NCBI GenBank assembly: GCA_041744595.1
Contig: JBGTKO010000273.1
Coordinates: 14,644 to 78,643, forward strand
Length of the DNA: 64,000 nucleotides
Direction of reading: 5' to 3'
Source of the DNA: Pirellulales bacterium
GTDB lineage: Bacteria > Planctomycetota > Planctomycetia > Pirellulales > UBA1268
Shown here: positions 43,640-53,000 of the stretch, in pieces
Layout of the letters: each line of letters opens with the position of its first letter
Numbering within the stretch: position 1 is the first letter of the stretch
Made by a program: the position numbers and the translations under genes
Notes under the pieces: generated by a model
Seen by the model: the letters and a program-made list of their open reading frames with translations, nothing else
Told to the model about the DNA's origin: nothing
The model's database searches: none

Positions 43640-46600
43640 ATGGCGGAGTCGGGCGAGCCGCGATCAATGAGTTGGCGGCCGGAGCAGCCATCGAACCGCC
43701 GTTGGCGGGGCGGGCGATGGTTCGCTATTGCCGGCCTGATCGTGGTTGTGATTCTCGTTGTGGTCCTGATCGTGAACCTCGTGCTTGCCCCACTCCACGC
43801 GTGGCGAACGGGGCTCGTGATGCTCGCGTTCGACGCCTATGAGCCGAGGATGTTCGAGCCGGTTCCCTTCTGCCGCGAGGACATCGCGGCGTTGTCTTCT
43901 CGGCTCGGCGGCGATGACGAGGCCGCCGGCATCCTTCCCCCACTCGAGTTCGAGGGGCTCGATTCGGCCGAGGTAGTCAGGGCTTCGCTCGGACCGCGGT
44001 GCGGGCAACTCGGCATGCGGCGGAAGGATGTGCTCGTGGCCTACGTTCGGGGCCAAACATTCGTGGTCCCGCCGCGGTTCAACACGGAGGGTAGCCCGCG
44101 GAATGACCCCTTGACTGGACGGCCCTGCCTGTTCGCAGCCGACTGTAGTGTTCGTGGACAAGTGGTCACTGGAGTCGTCCCGATCAGGGAGGTGGTCGAA
44201 GCGATCGGATCGGCCACGAACTACACGACATTGGTGGCGATCGATATGGGCAGCCTGGGATGGGATCCACGATTGGGAATCGTTTCGCCACTTGTGCCAG
44301 CGTGCCTTGATGATGAATTCACTCCGCCGCAGGAGCAGGCAACGTTTGCCAACTGGGTCATCGGATCCCACGACACGTTTGAAGCGTCCTGGGCCAGCGG
44401 CCCGGACAGGCGAACGTTTTTCTCACGGGCAATGGAACTGGCTTTGGCGGGAGAAGCCGACAAAGCCCCCTGGGGGGACCAGGATGGGATTGTCGAGCTC
44501 GACGAATTGGCCCGGTTCGTCACGGCTTTGACCAGCGAGTGGGTCAGCCGAGCGAGCGGGGGTCGGTACACCCAAAGACCCGTCGTTTGGAAGATCGGCA
44601 CGGGACGTGTCCCACTAGCGGCAATTCCCCAGGGAATCGCCATCGTGAGAGTCCAGCGGCTTTCGCCTCCCGAGTCCAAGCCCCTGAAGAACAAGCCGTC
44701 CGAGGCCCCGAAGGACGGCCCCGCGCCCACCACAACCAGTGCGATACCGGGCTGGCTGCTGAAAGGCCGCCGGCAGTTCCCAATGATGTCTGCAGCCCTC
44801 CTTCAGTCGGATTCTGGGAAGCCCGCGAAGAACGAGGGGGCGAAGAAGGAGCAGGACGATCAGAAGCAGGCGAATGACACGAAGGAGACGAGAGCCAAGG
44901 CCGAGCCACCAAAAGATGGCTCAGCGACGGTGCCGGCCGGCGGTTCGAAGGCTGCGACTGCCTCGACGGATCCTGGCGGAAAAGCGACCGCCGTCGATCC
45001 GAAAGAATCGATGCCAGCCGAGCCGCAACCCCCTCCGGTCCCGCCGACGCTTTGGGAGTTGGTGGATATTGGCACGCGGAGAACCGACGGGCCGGACTCG
45101 ACGGCTCTGCCGATCGACTATGCGTCTCACATCTGGAGGACTGTCGTCGCCCAATCGGCCGCCGTGACCGTGCGGCTTGACCGCGCGTCTGATGAGTCGG
45201 AACGCGAACAGGCCAGTCGTGGTCGTGACGGACTTTGGAACGGACTTGCAGAACTCTTCTCGCCGAAAGCTCTCGGGCTGGGCCCCGTCCCACCGGTAGA
45301 CGTGGTGACTGTTGTCGAAAGACTGAATCGAGCCAAACGGGCTGCCACGGCGGGAGGATTTTTTGATCGTTGGTCAGTGGCTCCAGCCAGATTTCGGACC
45401 GCGGTTGCCACTCGCAACGACACCGCTGAACGGCTCTTGGCCACCTCCGACCTGATGGCACGGGTCGCGCTCGGGGCTGGTACTCCCAGAATCGAGCCGC
45501 GAATCCTTCTTGACTGTAGCAGGCAGGTGGCCTCGCTTTCGACGGCGATTGCCCGGCTGGCCGACTTCGAAGAGGACGTGACACTGTCTCAATCCGACAG
45601 TCTGGAATCAATCAGTCGAGCCGTTGCCACGGAGCGGTCGTCACTCGATGCGGTTAACGCATCGATGGTCGAGGGAATGGTTGATCGCTCGGTTGCCACG
45701 GGCGTGTCCCTCGACGGCAACGTAGCCACGGCCGCCCTTCGAGTGCCTGGGCTCGGAGCCAAAACCCGTCGCTCGCTCTTTCCAGTGCTGGGTTCGGGAG
45801 AGTCACGGGAGATGGTCGCGGGAGTCTCACTGCTGACTCCTATTGGGCCTCTCGCCGTTGACACATCACCCCGACGGGTGTCCAGTGAAAGAGCAGAGAA
45901 TGTTCGCGCGCATTGTGACCTGCTGCTTCGGGCCATGGAGGCCGCCGGGTTGACGCCGATCGGTTCGGACCGTGTTCCAGGGCCGCTTGTCTGGCCTCTC
46001 GAGCGAATGGCAGCGGTTCGGCGAGCCGCCGAGCTCGTCACCAAGCCGCTGAACGATGGCGAACGAGTCAAAATGATGCTCTCGCTTGCCGGCCGGCTTG
46101 CTCATCTCTACGCCGAGATTGCCGACTCCGCCGACGGTGTTGCTCGTGAGACGCAAGAGCTTGCCGCCGTCGATCGCATAGCCTCGCTCTTTCGCGTGGT
46201 CAGCCACCGTGATGTGATGCGAATCGGGGAGCTCCCCGATATCCGTCTACCGCGTTGGCACAAACCGGATCGCCTCGGATTGCGGCTCGAATCAGTGGAG
46301 GACGGCTTTCACGACACCGATGCTCCGCTGGCGGTCACGGTTGTCACGGCCGGGGCGGCGATGCCTGCCGATGATGCCGTTGTCCGATTTCGGTACGACC
46401 CGGCCGATTTCACGCTCTCCACGACGTCCGGGGACCCGCTGCTCGTCGATCGCGTCTATCGGTCAGGTGACCTCCCCTTCCGTTCCGACGGGCTCGCACT
46501 CCACCTCACTGCAAACCGTCAGGCAAACACCGCATCCGATCGCCTGGATACGGAACTGACGATTATCGTCGAATCAGGGGGCCGCCGAGACGTGGCTTCG

Positions 46601-48583
46601 AAGCGATTCAGTCTGCCCGACGAGCGGTCGATACGACTGGCGGCTCGCCGCTTGCCCCTCATGATGGCGGCGGCTGAATGGACCTACTCGATGGCTCGAC
46701 CATCCCTGGGAGGAAGCCCATTAGAATGGCGGGAGGCACTCCTCCCTTTGACCGTGCCGGCAGGGCGACCCTCCGCCTTGGCAATGACCCTCGAGAATGG
46801 CGCGGAGATCGACCGCGAGGTGAGCGTCGCGGTGTATTCGATCCCGTCCGGCCCCGAACCGGGCAGTCGGGCTCGGGCGTGGCACCTCTTCCGGCAGCGG
46901 TTGCTCGAGGGTGCCGAGCCTTCGGCCAAACTCCTCGGCCGGATCGAATCGCTCATCGTACCTGCCAGTGGTGGCCAGTCGCTGATCGCTCTACCACCTC
47001 CCGCTCCGCCCGAGCCTCTTCCGCCGCCGCCAGAGGCCGGGCCGGCCGCAGGAGCAGCCCTGGAACTCGTGCCGCAGCCTGTTGGTCCAGACCTCGCCGT
47101 GGCGGTTCAGGAACGAACAAAAGGGGAGCCGCCTCGTTCTTGGCTCCATCGCGTCGGACTGCTGACCTCCCATCCCCGTGACGTGCTGGTTGCAACCGCG
47201 ACATGGCGCCGTGACACCAGGACGATTGCCATCGAGATCGGCCCGCGTGACGGTGCGCCGCTCACAGAGCTGACGCGATGCCGTCTTGTGCCACTGCCGG
47301 CGGCACCCGTCGCGGGGCAGCAGTCGATTGCCATCCGACGTGAGGCAGTTGTCCTGACGCCGGAAAGTCCCCGCCAGTCGATGCTCGCCGACTGGAACGG
47401 CGCGGAACGCGATGCACGTGCTTGGCTTGCGGTTTCCGTCGATGGATATCCCCGTGCCTTTGTGTTCGGTGTGGAATGTTCGGCTGCTTCTGCAGGGCAG
47501 TCCCAACAACCGCTCTCTGATTGGCGTGCGATCGCGATCCGTGAGCCTCGGCAAGCGGAACAGGAGCTCAAGGCACCGTTGCCGACAATCCCACTGACAC
47601 TTCAGGTAGACGCCCCTCCGGATTCGGCCGTCGCTCCCTTCACCGGAGACCGCGATACGACCGATGAGCTCCCGACCGCTCCCCTCCTTTCGGTCCTGCT
47701 TCGAGAGCGAGACCAGGAGGCAGGGCCAGCCCGATCCGAGGCCATCGTCTGGTCGGCCGCTGCGGATCGGCAGATCGAATTCGTTCCCGCGCCACCAAGA
47801 CCAGACGCAACGCTCGTCGTCGAACCACGGGTGACCGATTGGTCGATCGCCCCGTCCAGCAACGGGTATGTCGATGTTGATGTCCTGGTGGAGGCGCGCC
47901 TGAGCATCCCTGGCGTTCAGGCACCGTTGACCGACCGCCGCCGCCTTCGGCTCGACGGTAAGCCTCCGCGGATCGAACTGCCGCCCCTCATGAACGCCCA
48001 GGTCGGCCGTCCGCTGACCGTGCCTGTTCTCGTGCTCGATGATCCACGGGAGGCTTTCGGGGCAACGTCGGGGATCGACCTTCCGGGCGTTACGGGTGTG
48101 CAACGCGTGGACTGGGCGATCGACCTCGCGGGCACCGGCAAGCCCGAAGCCTGGCAGCCTGCGGTGGGGCTGGGTGAGGGACGGTACGAGCTTCGCGTCG
48201 ATACCAAGCAACTCCCGCCGGGCCGCCAGACTCCCGTCCTCGTACGGGCGGTCGATCGGGTCGGGAACATGGCGGAACCGTCGCGGGTCTGGATCGAGAC
48301 GCGGGCATTGGCCGCAAAAAATGGCATTCGGGGCCGCGTGATGCTCAACGGTCGCGGAGAGGCGGGCGTCAGCGTTCAACTCGATGGCCCTGCGGCCCCG
48401 GCTCCAACAACTTCTGGCAAGGACGGATCATTCCAGTTTGACCAACTTGATGCCGGCAGTTACACGGTGCGAGCCTCAGGGGCCGTTCGGAATCGTCTCT
48501 ACCGGGCGGACCCGCAGCCTGTGGTCGTCGATCCGCCGCCTGCCGAGCCTCCCCGCATCACGATCGAACTAAAGCCGAAGTGA
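43640..48583 (+). CDS. Giant single-pass membrane protein: degenerate caspase-like domain, long unassigned region, C-terminal CarboxypepD_reg-like domain
   Basis: The start is uncertain: TTG 43538, ATG 43598, ATG 43640 (preceded by GAGG) or ATG 43667. Basic stretch then TM helix (RRWRGGRWFAIAGLIVVVILVVVLIVNLVLA). The caspase-fold-like segment DVLVAYVRGQ..TLVAIDMGSLGW..FFSRAMELALAGEADKAPWGDQDGIVELDELARFV lacks the catalytic His and Cys. C-terminus GIRGRVMLNGRGEAGVSVQLDG..DGSFQFDQLDAGSYTVRA. Confidence 0.8.
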   Translation: MAESGEPRSMSWRPEQPSNRRWRGGRWFAIAGLIVVVILVVVLIVNLVLAPLHAWRTGLVMLAFDAYEPRMFEPVPFCREDIAALSSRLGGDDEAAGILPPLEFEGLDSAEVVRASLGPRCGQLGMRRKDVLVAYVRGQTFVVPPRFNTEGSPRNDPLTGRPCLFAADCSVRGQVVTGVVPIREVVEAIGSATNYTTLVAIDMGSLGWDPRLGIVSPLVPACLDDEFTPPQEQATFANWVIGSHDTFEASWASGPDRRTFFSRAMELALAGEADKAPWGDQDGIVELDELARFVTALTSEWVSRASGGRYTQRPVVWKIGTGRVPLAAIPQGIAIVRVQRLSPPESKPLKNKPSEAPKDGPAPTTTSAIPGWLLKGRRQFPMMSAALLQSDSGKPAKNEGAKKEQDDQKQANDTKETRAKAEPPKDGSATVPAGGSKAATASTDPGGKATAVDPKESMPAEPQPPPVPPTLWELVDIGTRRTDGPDSTALPIDYASHIWRTVVAQSAAVTVRLDRASDESEREQASRGRDGLWNGLAELFSPKALGLGPVPPVDVVTVVERLNRAKRAATAGGFFDRWSVAPARFRTAVATRNDTAERLLATSDLMARVALGAGTPRIEPRILLDCSRQVASLSTAIARLADFEEDVTLSQSDSLESISRAVATERSSLDAVNASMVEGMVDRSVATGVSLDGNVATAALRVPGLGAKTRRSLFPVLGSGESREMVAGVSLLTPIGPLAVDTSPRRVSSERAENVRAHCDLLLRAMEAAGLTPIGSDRVPGPLVWPLERMAAVRRAAELVTKPLNDGERVKMMLSLAGRLAHLYAEIADSADGVARETQELAAVDRIASLFRVVSHRDVMRIGELPDIRLPRWHKPDRLGLRLESVEDGFHDTDAPLAVTVVTAGAAMPADDAVVRFRYDPADFTLSTTSGDPLLVDRVYRSGDLPFRSDGLALHLTANRQANTASDRLDTELTIIVESGGRRDVASKRFSLPDERSIRLAARRLPLMMAAAEWTYSMARPSLGGSPLEWREALLPLTVPAGRPSALAMTLENGAEIDREVSVAVYSIPSGPEPGSRARAWHLFRQRLLEGAEPSAKLLGRIESLIVPASGGQSLIALPPPAPPEPLPPPPEAGPAAGAALELVPQPVGPDLAVAVQERTKGEPPRSWLHRVGLLTSHPRDVLVATATWRRDTRTIAIEIGPRDGAPLTELTRCRLVPLPAAPVAGQQSIAIRREAVVLTPESPRQSMLADWNGAERDARAWLAVSVDGYPRAFVFGVECSAASAGQSQQPLSDWRAIAIREPRQAEQELKAPLPTIPLTLQVDAPPDSAVAPFTGDRDTTDELPTAPLLSVLLRERDQEAGPARSEAIVWSAAADRQIEFVPAPPRPDATLVVEPRVTDWSIAPSSNGYVDVDVLVEARLSIPGVQAPLTDRRRLRLDGKPPRIELPPLMNAQVGRPLTVPVLVLDDPREAFGATSGIDLPGVTGVQRVDWAIDLAGTGKPEAWQPAVGLGEGRYELRVDTKQLPPGRQTPVLVRAVDRVGNMAEPSRVWIETRALAAKNGIRGRVMLNGRGEAGVSVQLDGPAAPAPTTSGKDGSFQFDQLDAGSYTVRASGAVRNRLYRADPQPVVVDPPPAEPPRITIELKPK

Positions 48584-48888
48584 CGTCTGGGCCGGCCGTT
48601 GGAATGCCCACCATCGCCAGGCGTGACCCGATGACCGATACGGCCGGCGCAGACGGAGATCTTGTCTCCCCGACCAAGTTGAATTCCGACAAGGCCGATA
48701 CCCTGATTGGGTTTCTGGGGTAGCCGATGGTCTGCGCGGGCAACAAAGGTGGACAAAATGTCCTACCCGCCGTCGCACGGTGCGCGGAGTCGATTCTCCG
48801 TGTAGGACCCGACGAAAGCGGCCTCAGGCACTCCTTCGCGGGCCGCGAAGCACCGCTTCGGCGGGATGCCACGCAGAGGAGACAGAGC

Positions 48889-50019
48889 GTGTGGGGTCGC
48901 AGCACCATCGGGAGTCTCGTCATGGCGGCAGCCATGGTTGCCGGCGCCTGTCGTGTCTCCCATGGGCAGCAGCCGACACTCTGGAGCTTTCTCGGAATTG
49001 GCGCGGCACAAAACTCTTCCGATCCAGCCATTGCGGCTGCCGCCAAGGCAAAAGCGGCGAAACACAAAATATGCTGTCAAAAGAAAGCCCTCCGGTACCT
49101 AGCCTCGATGGGATGCACCCCAGAGCACCCTGAGGTCGCCGAGGCGATTCTGGCTGCCATGGGGGATCCCGAAGAACCGGTTCGGTACGAGGCAGTGAAG
49201 GCGGTCCTTCAGACTGCTGGTGACTGTATGTCTCCCGAGCAGAAGCGGGCGATGCGGCAGGCACTGGGGTTCCATGAGTACTGTTCCATGCAAAAACAGA
49301 AGTGCGAGAAGGCCATCCATGCCTGCCTCGAACGGCTGTGCGGAAAAGCGGCGCCTAAGCCTCACAAAAAACTCTCGGACATGCTGCCTTTCCGGCAGTC
49401 ATGCGAGGACCCTTGCAAAAAAGAGCCGGATCATTGCGCTCGACGGGGAATCTGCTGCACTCCGGAGATTCGCGAGAAACTCCGGCAACTCGCATATGGC
49501 CGCGATGAAGCTGGCTGTTTTCTCGAACCCAGTGAACGGGTGCGGACCGCAGCCGAGCAGGCACTCGAGGCGTGCCAAGCCTGCTGTGGGAAGCGTGGTT
49601 CAGCGTCGGGAGGTCAGGGTGGGGCGGGGGCGAACGCCTGGCGGGAAATGCCTCCAGCGGAGACCCACGAAACAGACGCCACGAGGGCTATCGACGGCAG
49701 CCGTTCACCGGCACCGGGTTGGCCCGGCATATCCGTGGAGTGCGAGCGAGCGCACGGAGGCGTATCACCGATGGGTCCGTTCGGGATTCCTCATATACGC
49801 GAGATCGACGACCGTCCGTTGAACCAGAATCCGATGAACCAGAATCCGGTCCCCACTCCGCCTGAACCGACTTTGGAGTTTCCAGCGACTTCTCCCGTGG
49901 AGCCGTTGCCGCAGCCGCCGCCTACGCCTCCGCCGAGTCAATCCGCCGAGGCTGCCGATCCCTCAAGCGCACCCCAGACCTGGTTCCGGACTTCGTCCCT
50001 GTTCCGCTGGAGACGCTAG
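48889..50019 (+). CDS. Secreted Cys-rich HEAT-like protein with Pro-rich tail
   Basis: A GTG at 48889 preceded by GGAG gives a plausible signal peptide (WGRSTIGSLVMAAAMVAGACRVSHG). Alternative starts are ATG 48727 and ATG 48922. About 18 Cys (KICCQKKALRYLASMGC, CCTPEIREKL, ACQACCGKRG). HEAT-like DPEEPVRYEAVKAVL. Tail NQNPMNQNPVPTPPEP..PQPPPTPPPS. Confidence 0.65.
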   Translation: MWGRSTIGSLVMAAAMVAGACRVSHGQQPTLWSFLGIGAAQNSSDPAIAAAAKAKAAKHKICCQKKALRYLASMGCTPEHPEVAEAILAAMGDPEEPVRYEAVKAVLQTAGDCMSPEQKRAMRQALGFHEYCSMQKQKCEKAIHACLERLCGKAAPKPHKKLSDMLPFRQSCEDPCKKEPDHCARRGICCTPEIREKLRQLAYGRDEAGCFLEPSERVRTAAEQALEACQACCGKRGSASGGQGGAGANAWREMPPAETHETDATRAIDGSRSPAPGWPGISVECERAHGGVSPMGPFGIPHIREIDDRPLNQNPMNQNPVPTPPEPTLEFPATSPVEPLPQPPPTPPPSQSAEAADPSSAPQTWFRTSSLFRWRR

Positions 50020-50051
50020 GTGTTCGTCGCTTCCCGACGCGCCTTCCCGCC

Positions 50052-53000
50052 ATGAGCGATCCAACAGAACGATCCGACGATCCTCAGCCACCTCGCTGGC
50101 AAACGGGCCCGCGACGAGGTCCGACGTCATCCCCTCGCGGGACTGGAGAGTCCTGGCGAGTTGCCTCCGAGCAGTCGAGCGGACGGCGAAGCGTGTGGGT
50201 CTGGTTGGGGCGGATCCTCGCGTCCGTTCTTTCCGTGGTCTTGCTGGGGACGCTCATCTGGCTCCTTCTCTCGCTGCGTCATCCCGTGCCGCTCGTCGGC
50301 GGCTTTGCAACAGCGTACCGGGCCCCGCTACCGCCGCGGGCATTGACAGCCGAGGATCGGAGAACCCTGGAGCGGCTCGCGACGGCGGGGGGTGGCCTCT
50401 TTGAACCTCCGTCAGTTGCCTGGTTCGATGCCAGTGATCAACTGGCCAACTCGGCACAGACGCGGCCATGGGACACCCTCACGAAATCCGTTCGGATGGT
50501 TCGGCCAGGCGGCCCAGACAACGACATGGTTGTCGTGTACCTCGGGATGGTCGGCACACTCGACCATGAGGGACAACCCTGCCTCGCCATGCCTGCCGAT
50601 GGGGAAGGTCCAGGCATCCGTGTGGCGGAGCTCCTTACCGACCTGCGGGATGCTACTCCGGCAAGTGCGGGCCTCCTCGTGGTCCTGGATGGGTGTGAGG
50701 CTGGCCTCGGCTGGCCGCTCGGCATTGCTGACGGCTCTTTCGCGCCCGCGGTCGAAGCGATGGCCCGCTCGAGCACGATCCCGCGGACGTGGGTGCTGGT
50801 GTCTGCCGGCGCGGGCGAGCGATCGCACGGTGACCCGGAAGATGGTGGCAGCCTCTTTGCGACGTCTTTCGCCGAAGCGATCGTTGGAGCTGCTGATCGT
50901 GCTCCGTTCGGAAACGGTGATGGTCTGGTGCAGTTGCGGGAGCTTGCCACGTTTCTCAGCAGTGAAGTCCCGCGGCGGAGCCGGCTCCAGTTTGGCAGCA
51001 CCCAGACGCCCCTTTTGATTCCGGCGTTCAATGATGCGCGGGGCGAAGATCCGGCCATCGCATGGGCGATCGACCAACCAGCCACCGGACTGGTGGGCGG
51101 CCTTCGCCGTTGGTTTTGGGGCTCATGGGGGCTCGAAACGGACGCATCCAGTCGTCGTTCGGCAAGCGTCAACTCGATCGACGCGCGAGGTCCTCGCTGG
51201 TGGCTCGCCGAGCGGTGGGCTGCAGCCTCGCGACTTCGTGCCGAAGCGGTCCATGGCCATCCGAATCGCTGGCAACGGTACCAGCAGCTCTTGATGCGGG
51301 CGGAGCATTTGCTGCGGTGTGGTGCCGCAGCCAGCGAGGAGCGGATTCGCACGGAAACCCTCGTCGAGCGGCTGGAGGTGGAGCTAAAAACCGCAACGCT
51401 GGTCGATGCCTCACGGCTTCCCTCGGTACGGATCAATGAGTGGAGCTCGACCCCTGCCGAGATGGAAATCGCGGCTGCGTGGCGGCGGGACTTCGCGGAG
51501 ACCTTGGCGTCCGTCCAATCCACGCCACAGAAACTCGTGCCGCCATCGACGTATCCCAGGGCGGAATGGATCGGTCGGTGTCGAGCCGCGTGCGATTGGC
51601 TTGAAATCGAGGCTCCCCGGAATCCGCTGACACCAGACGGTCTTCAGGCGTGGCTGGCGAGCCTGGGCCGATCGGGGCCCGATCGGCTTCCGGAACCGAT
51701 TGAGGTTCATACCGCACGCATGGTCGCGAGGCATCTCGACGACGGTGTCTGGCTGTCAGCACCCGATCTGCCAGGTCGACTCCTGCGTCTGGTTGGCATG
51801 TCACGGCGGGCAGCACTCCCCGACGACGTGAGGAGCGACCGCGCCATCGCGCTTGTCGCGAACCGGAAGGCCCTCGACGAGGAACTTCGCCGAGCGATCG
51901 ACTTGATGCTCCTGGCCGATCCCGACTCGGTTTCCGAGGCGCGGCAGGTGGCGGCGATGCTCGAGTCCCGCTACGAGGAGATCATTCGTCTGGGAGTGGC
52001 TGCCTCAACCACCGTCCGATTGCTCGACACGGTCGATGATGAGCTTCCCTGGCTTGCGGCCTGGTGGGTCAGTGAAGCCCGTGCTGCCGTTCGAGGGGAT
52101 GGGGCTCAGCCGCCCGCTGTCGAATGGTTGGAGTTGCTCGACTCGGTCGCTGATCTTCGACAGGTTGTTGATCGGAGCCTCGGCGTGCGAGCAGAAGAAG
52201 CAGTGATCGCTTCGATTGACGAAACGGTCGCGGTGCTCGACGAGGCCCGCAGTCGCACCGAGGAAGCTCTCCAGAGCCTCACTGGCGGCTACGAGGCGGC
52301 CTGTTCCGAACTGGTCAACGCCGCGTCGGATAGCCCCGTCACCCTCGGGCGGATCCGCCGTATCCTCGATATCCCGCTGCTCCGTGGCCGACGACGGATT
52401 GCCTTATGGGAGCGAGCAGAAGCCCTGCGGGTCATTCCTGTTCCGGCACCGAGCCCGACGGAAGGCACGCTGCCGGAACCAGATCTTCGGACGGCAACGG
52501 CCGGCTGGATTTCTTGGAAGGACACGGTTGTCCATCCGGTGGTCCCGATCCTCGCGGGTGACGTCGGGGGCGCAGCGTCGCTTCCTACGGAAGCGGACGA
52601 TGTGGCGGTCGCCGTGGCCCGACAAGTCGATGCCATCAATCGACAGGTTTCGCTCCTCCCCGAAACACTCGGCCGCTTGGGGAAGGAGCGGGCCGCTGCG
52701 ACGCTGGCCGATCCCGACAAGACTCGAGCCGATCCCTATCTCGAGTCGGGTGATCTCCTCGCGAGGCGACTTGCTTCAGTGACCTGCTTCCGGAACGTGC
52801 CGGATGTGCCATCGTCGGTTCATGTCAACTTTGTCGCAGCTTGGCATGATCGGCTGACGACAGCCGCCTCCGATGCGATCGACGATTTCTGGACGGGCGT
52901 CGAACCTGGGGACGGACCTTGGTACGCCGAGACAGCCGAGGAATTTCTCACGGCAGCTTCCGAACTCGTCAGTCGTTCCGGTGTGTCCCACGGCACGATG

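Noticed and set aside
46991-48379. 462-aa minus-strand ORF (likewise 44544..45611 and 50438..51523)
   Set aside because: These are antisense to the two giant genes. Their compositions are Arg/Pro-rich. The plus-strand frames show TM helices and domain motifs and run uninterrupted for about 5 kb.
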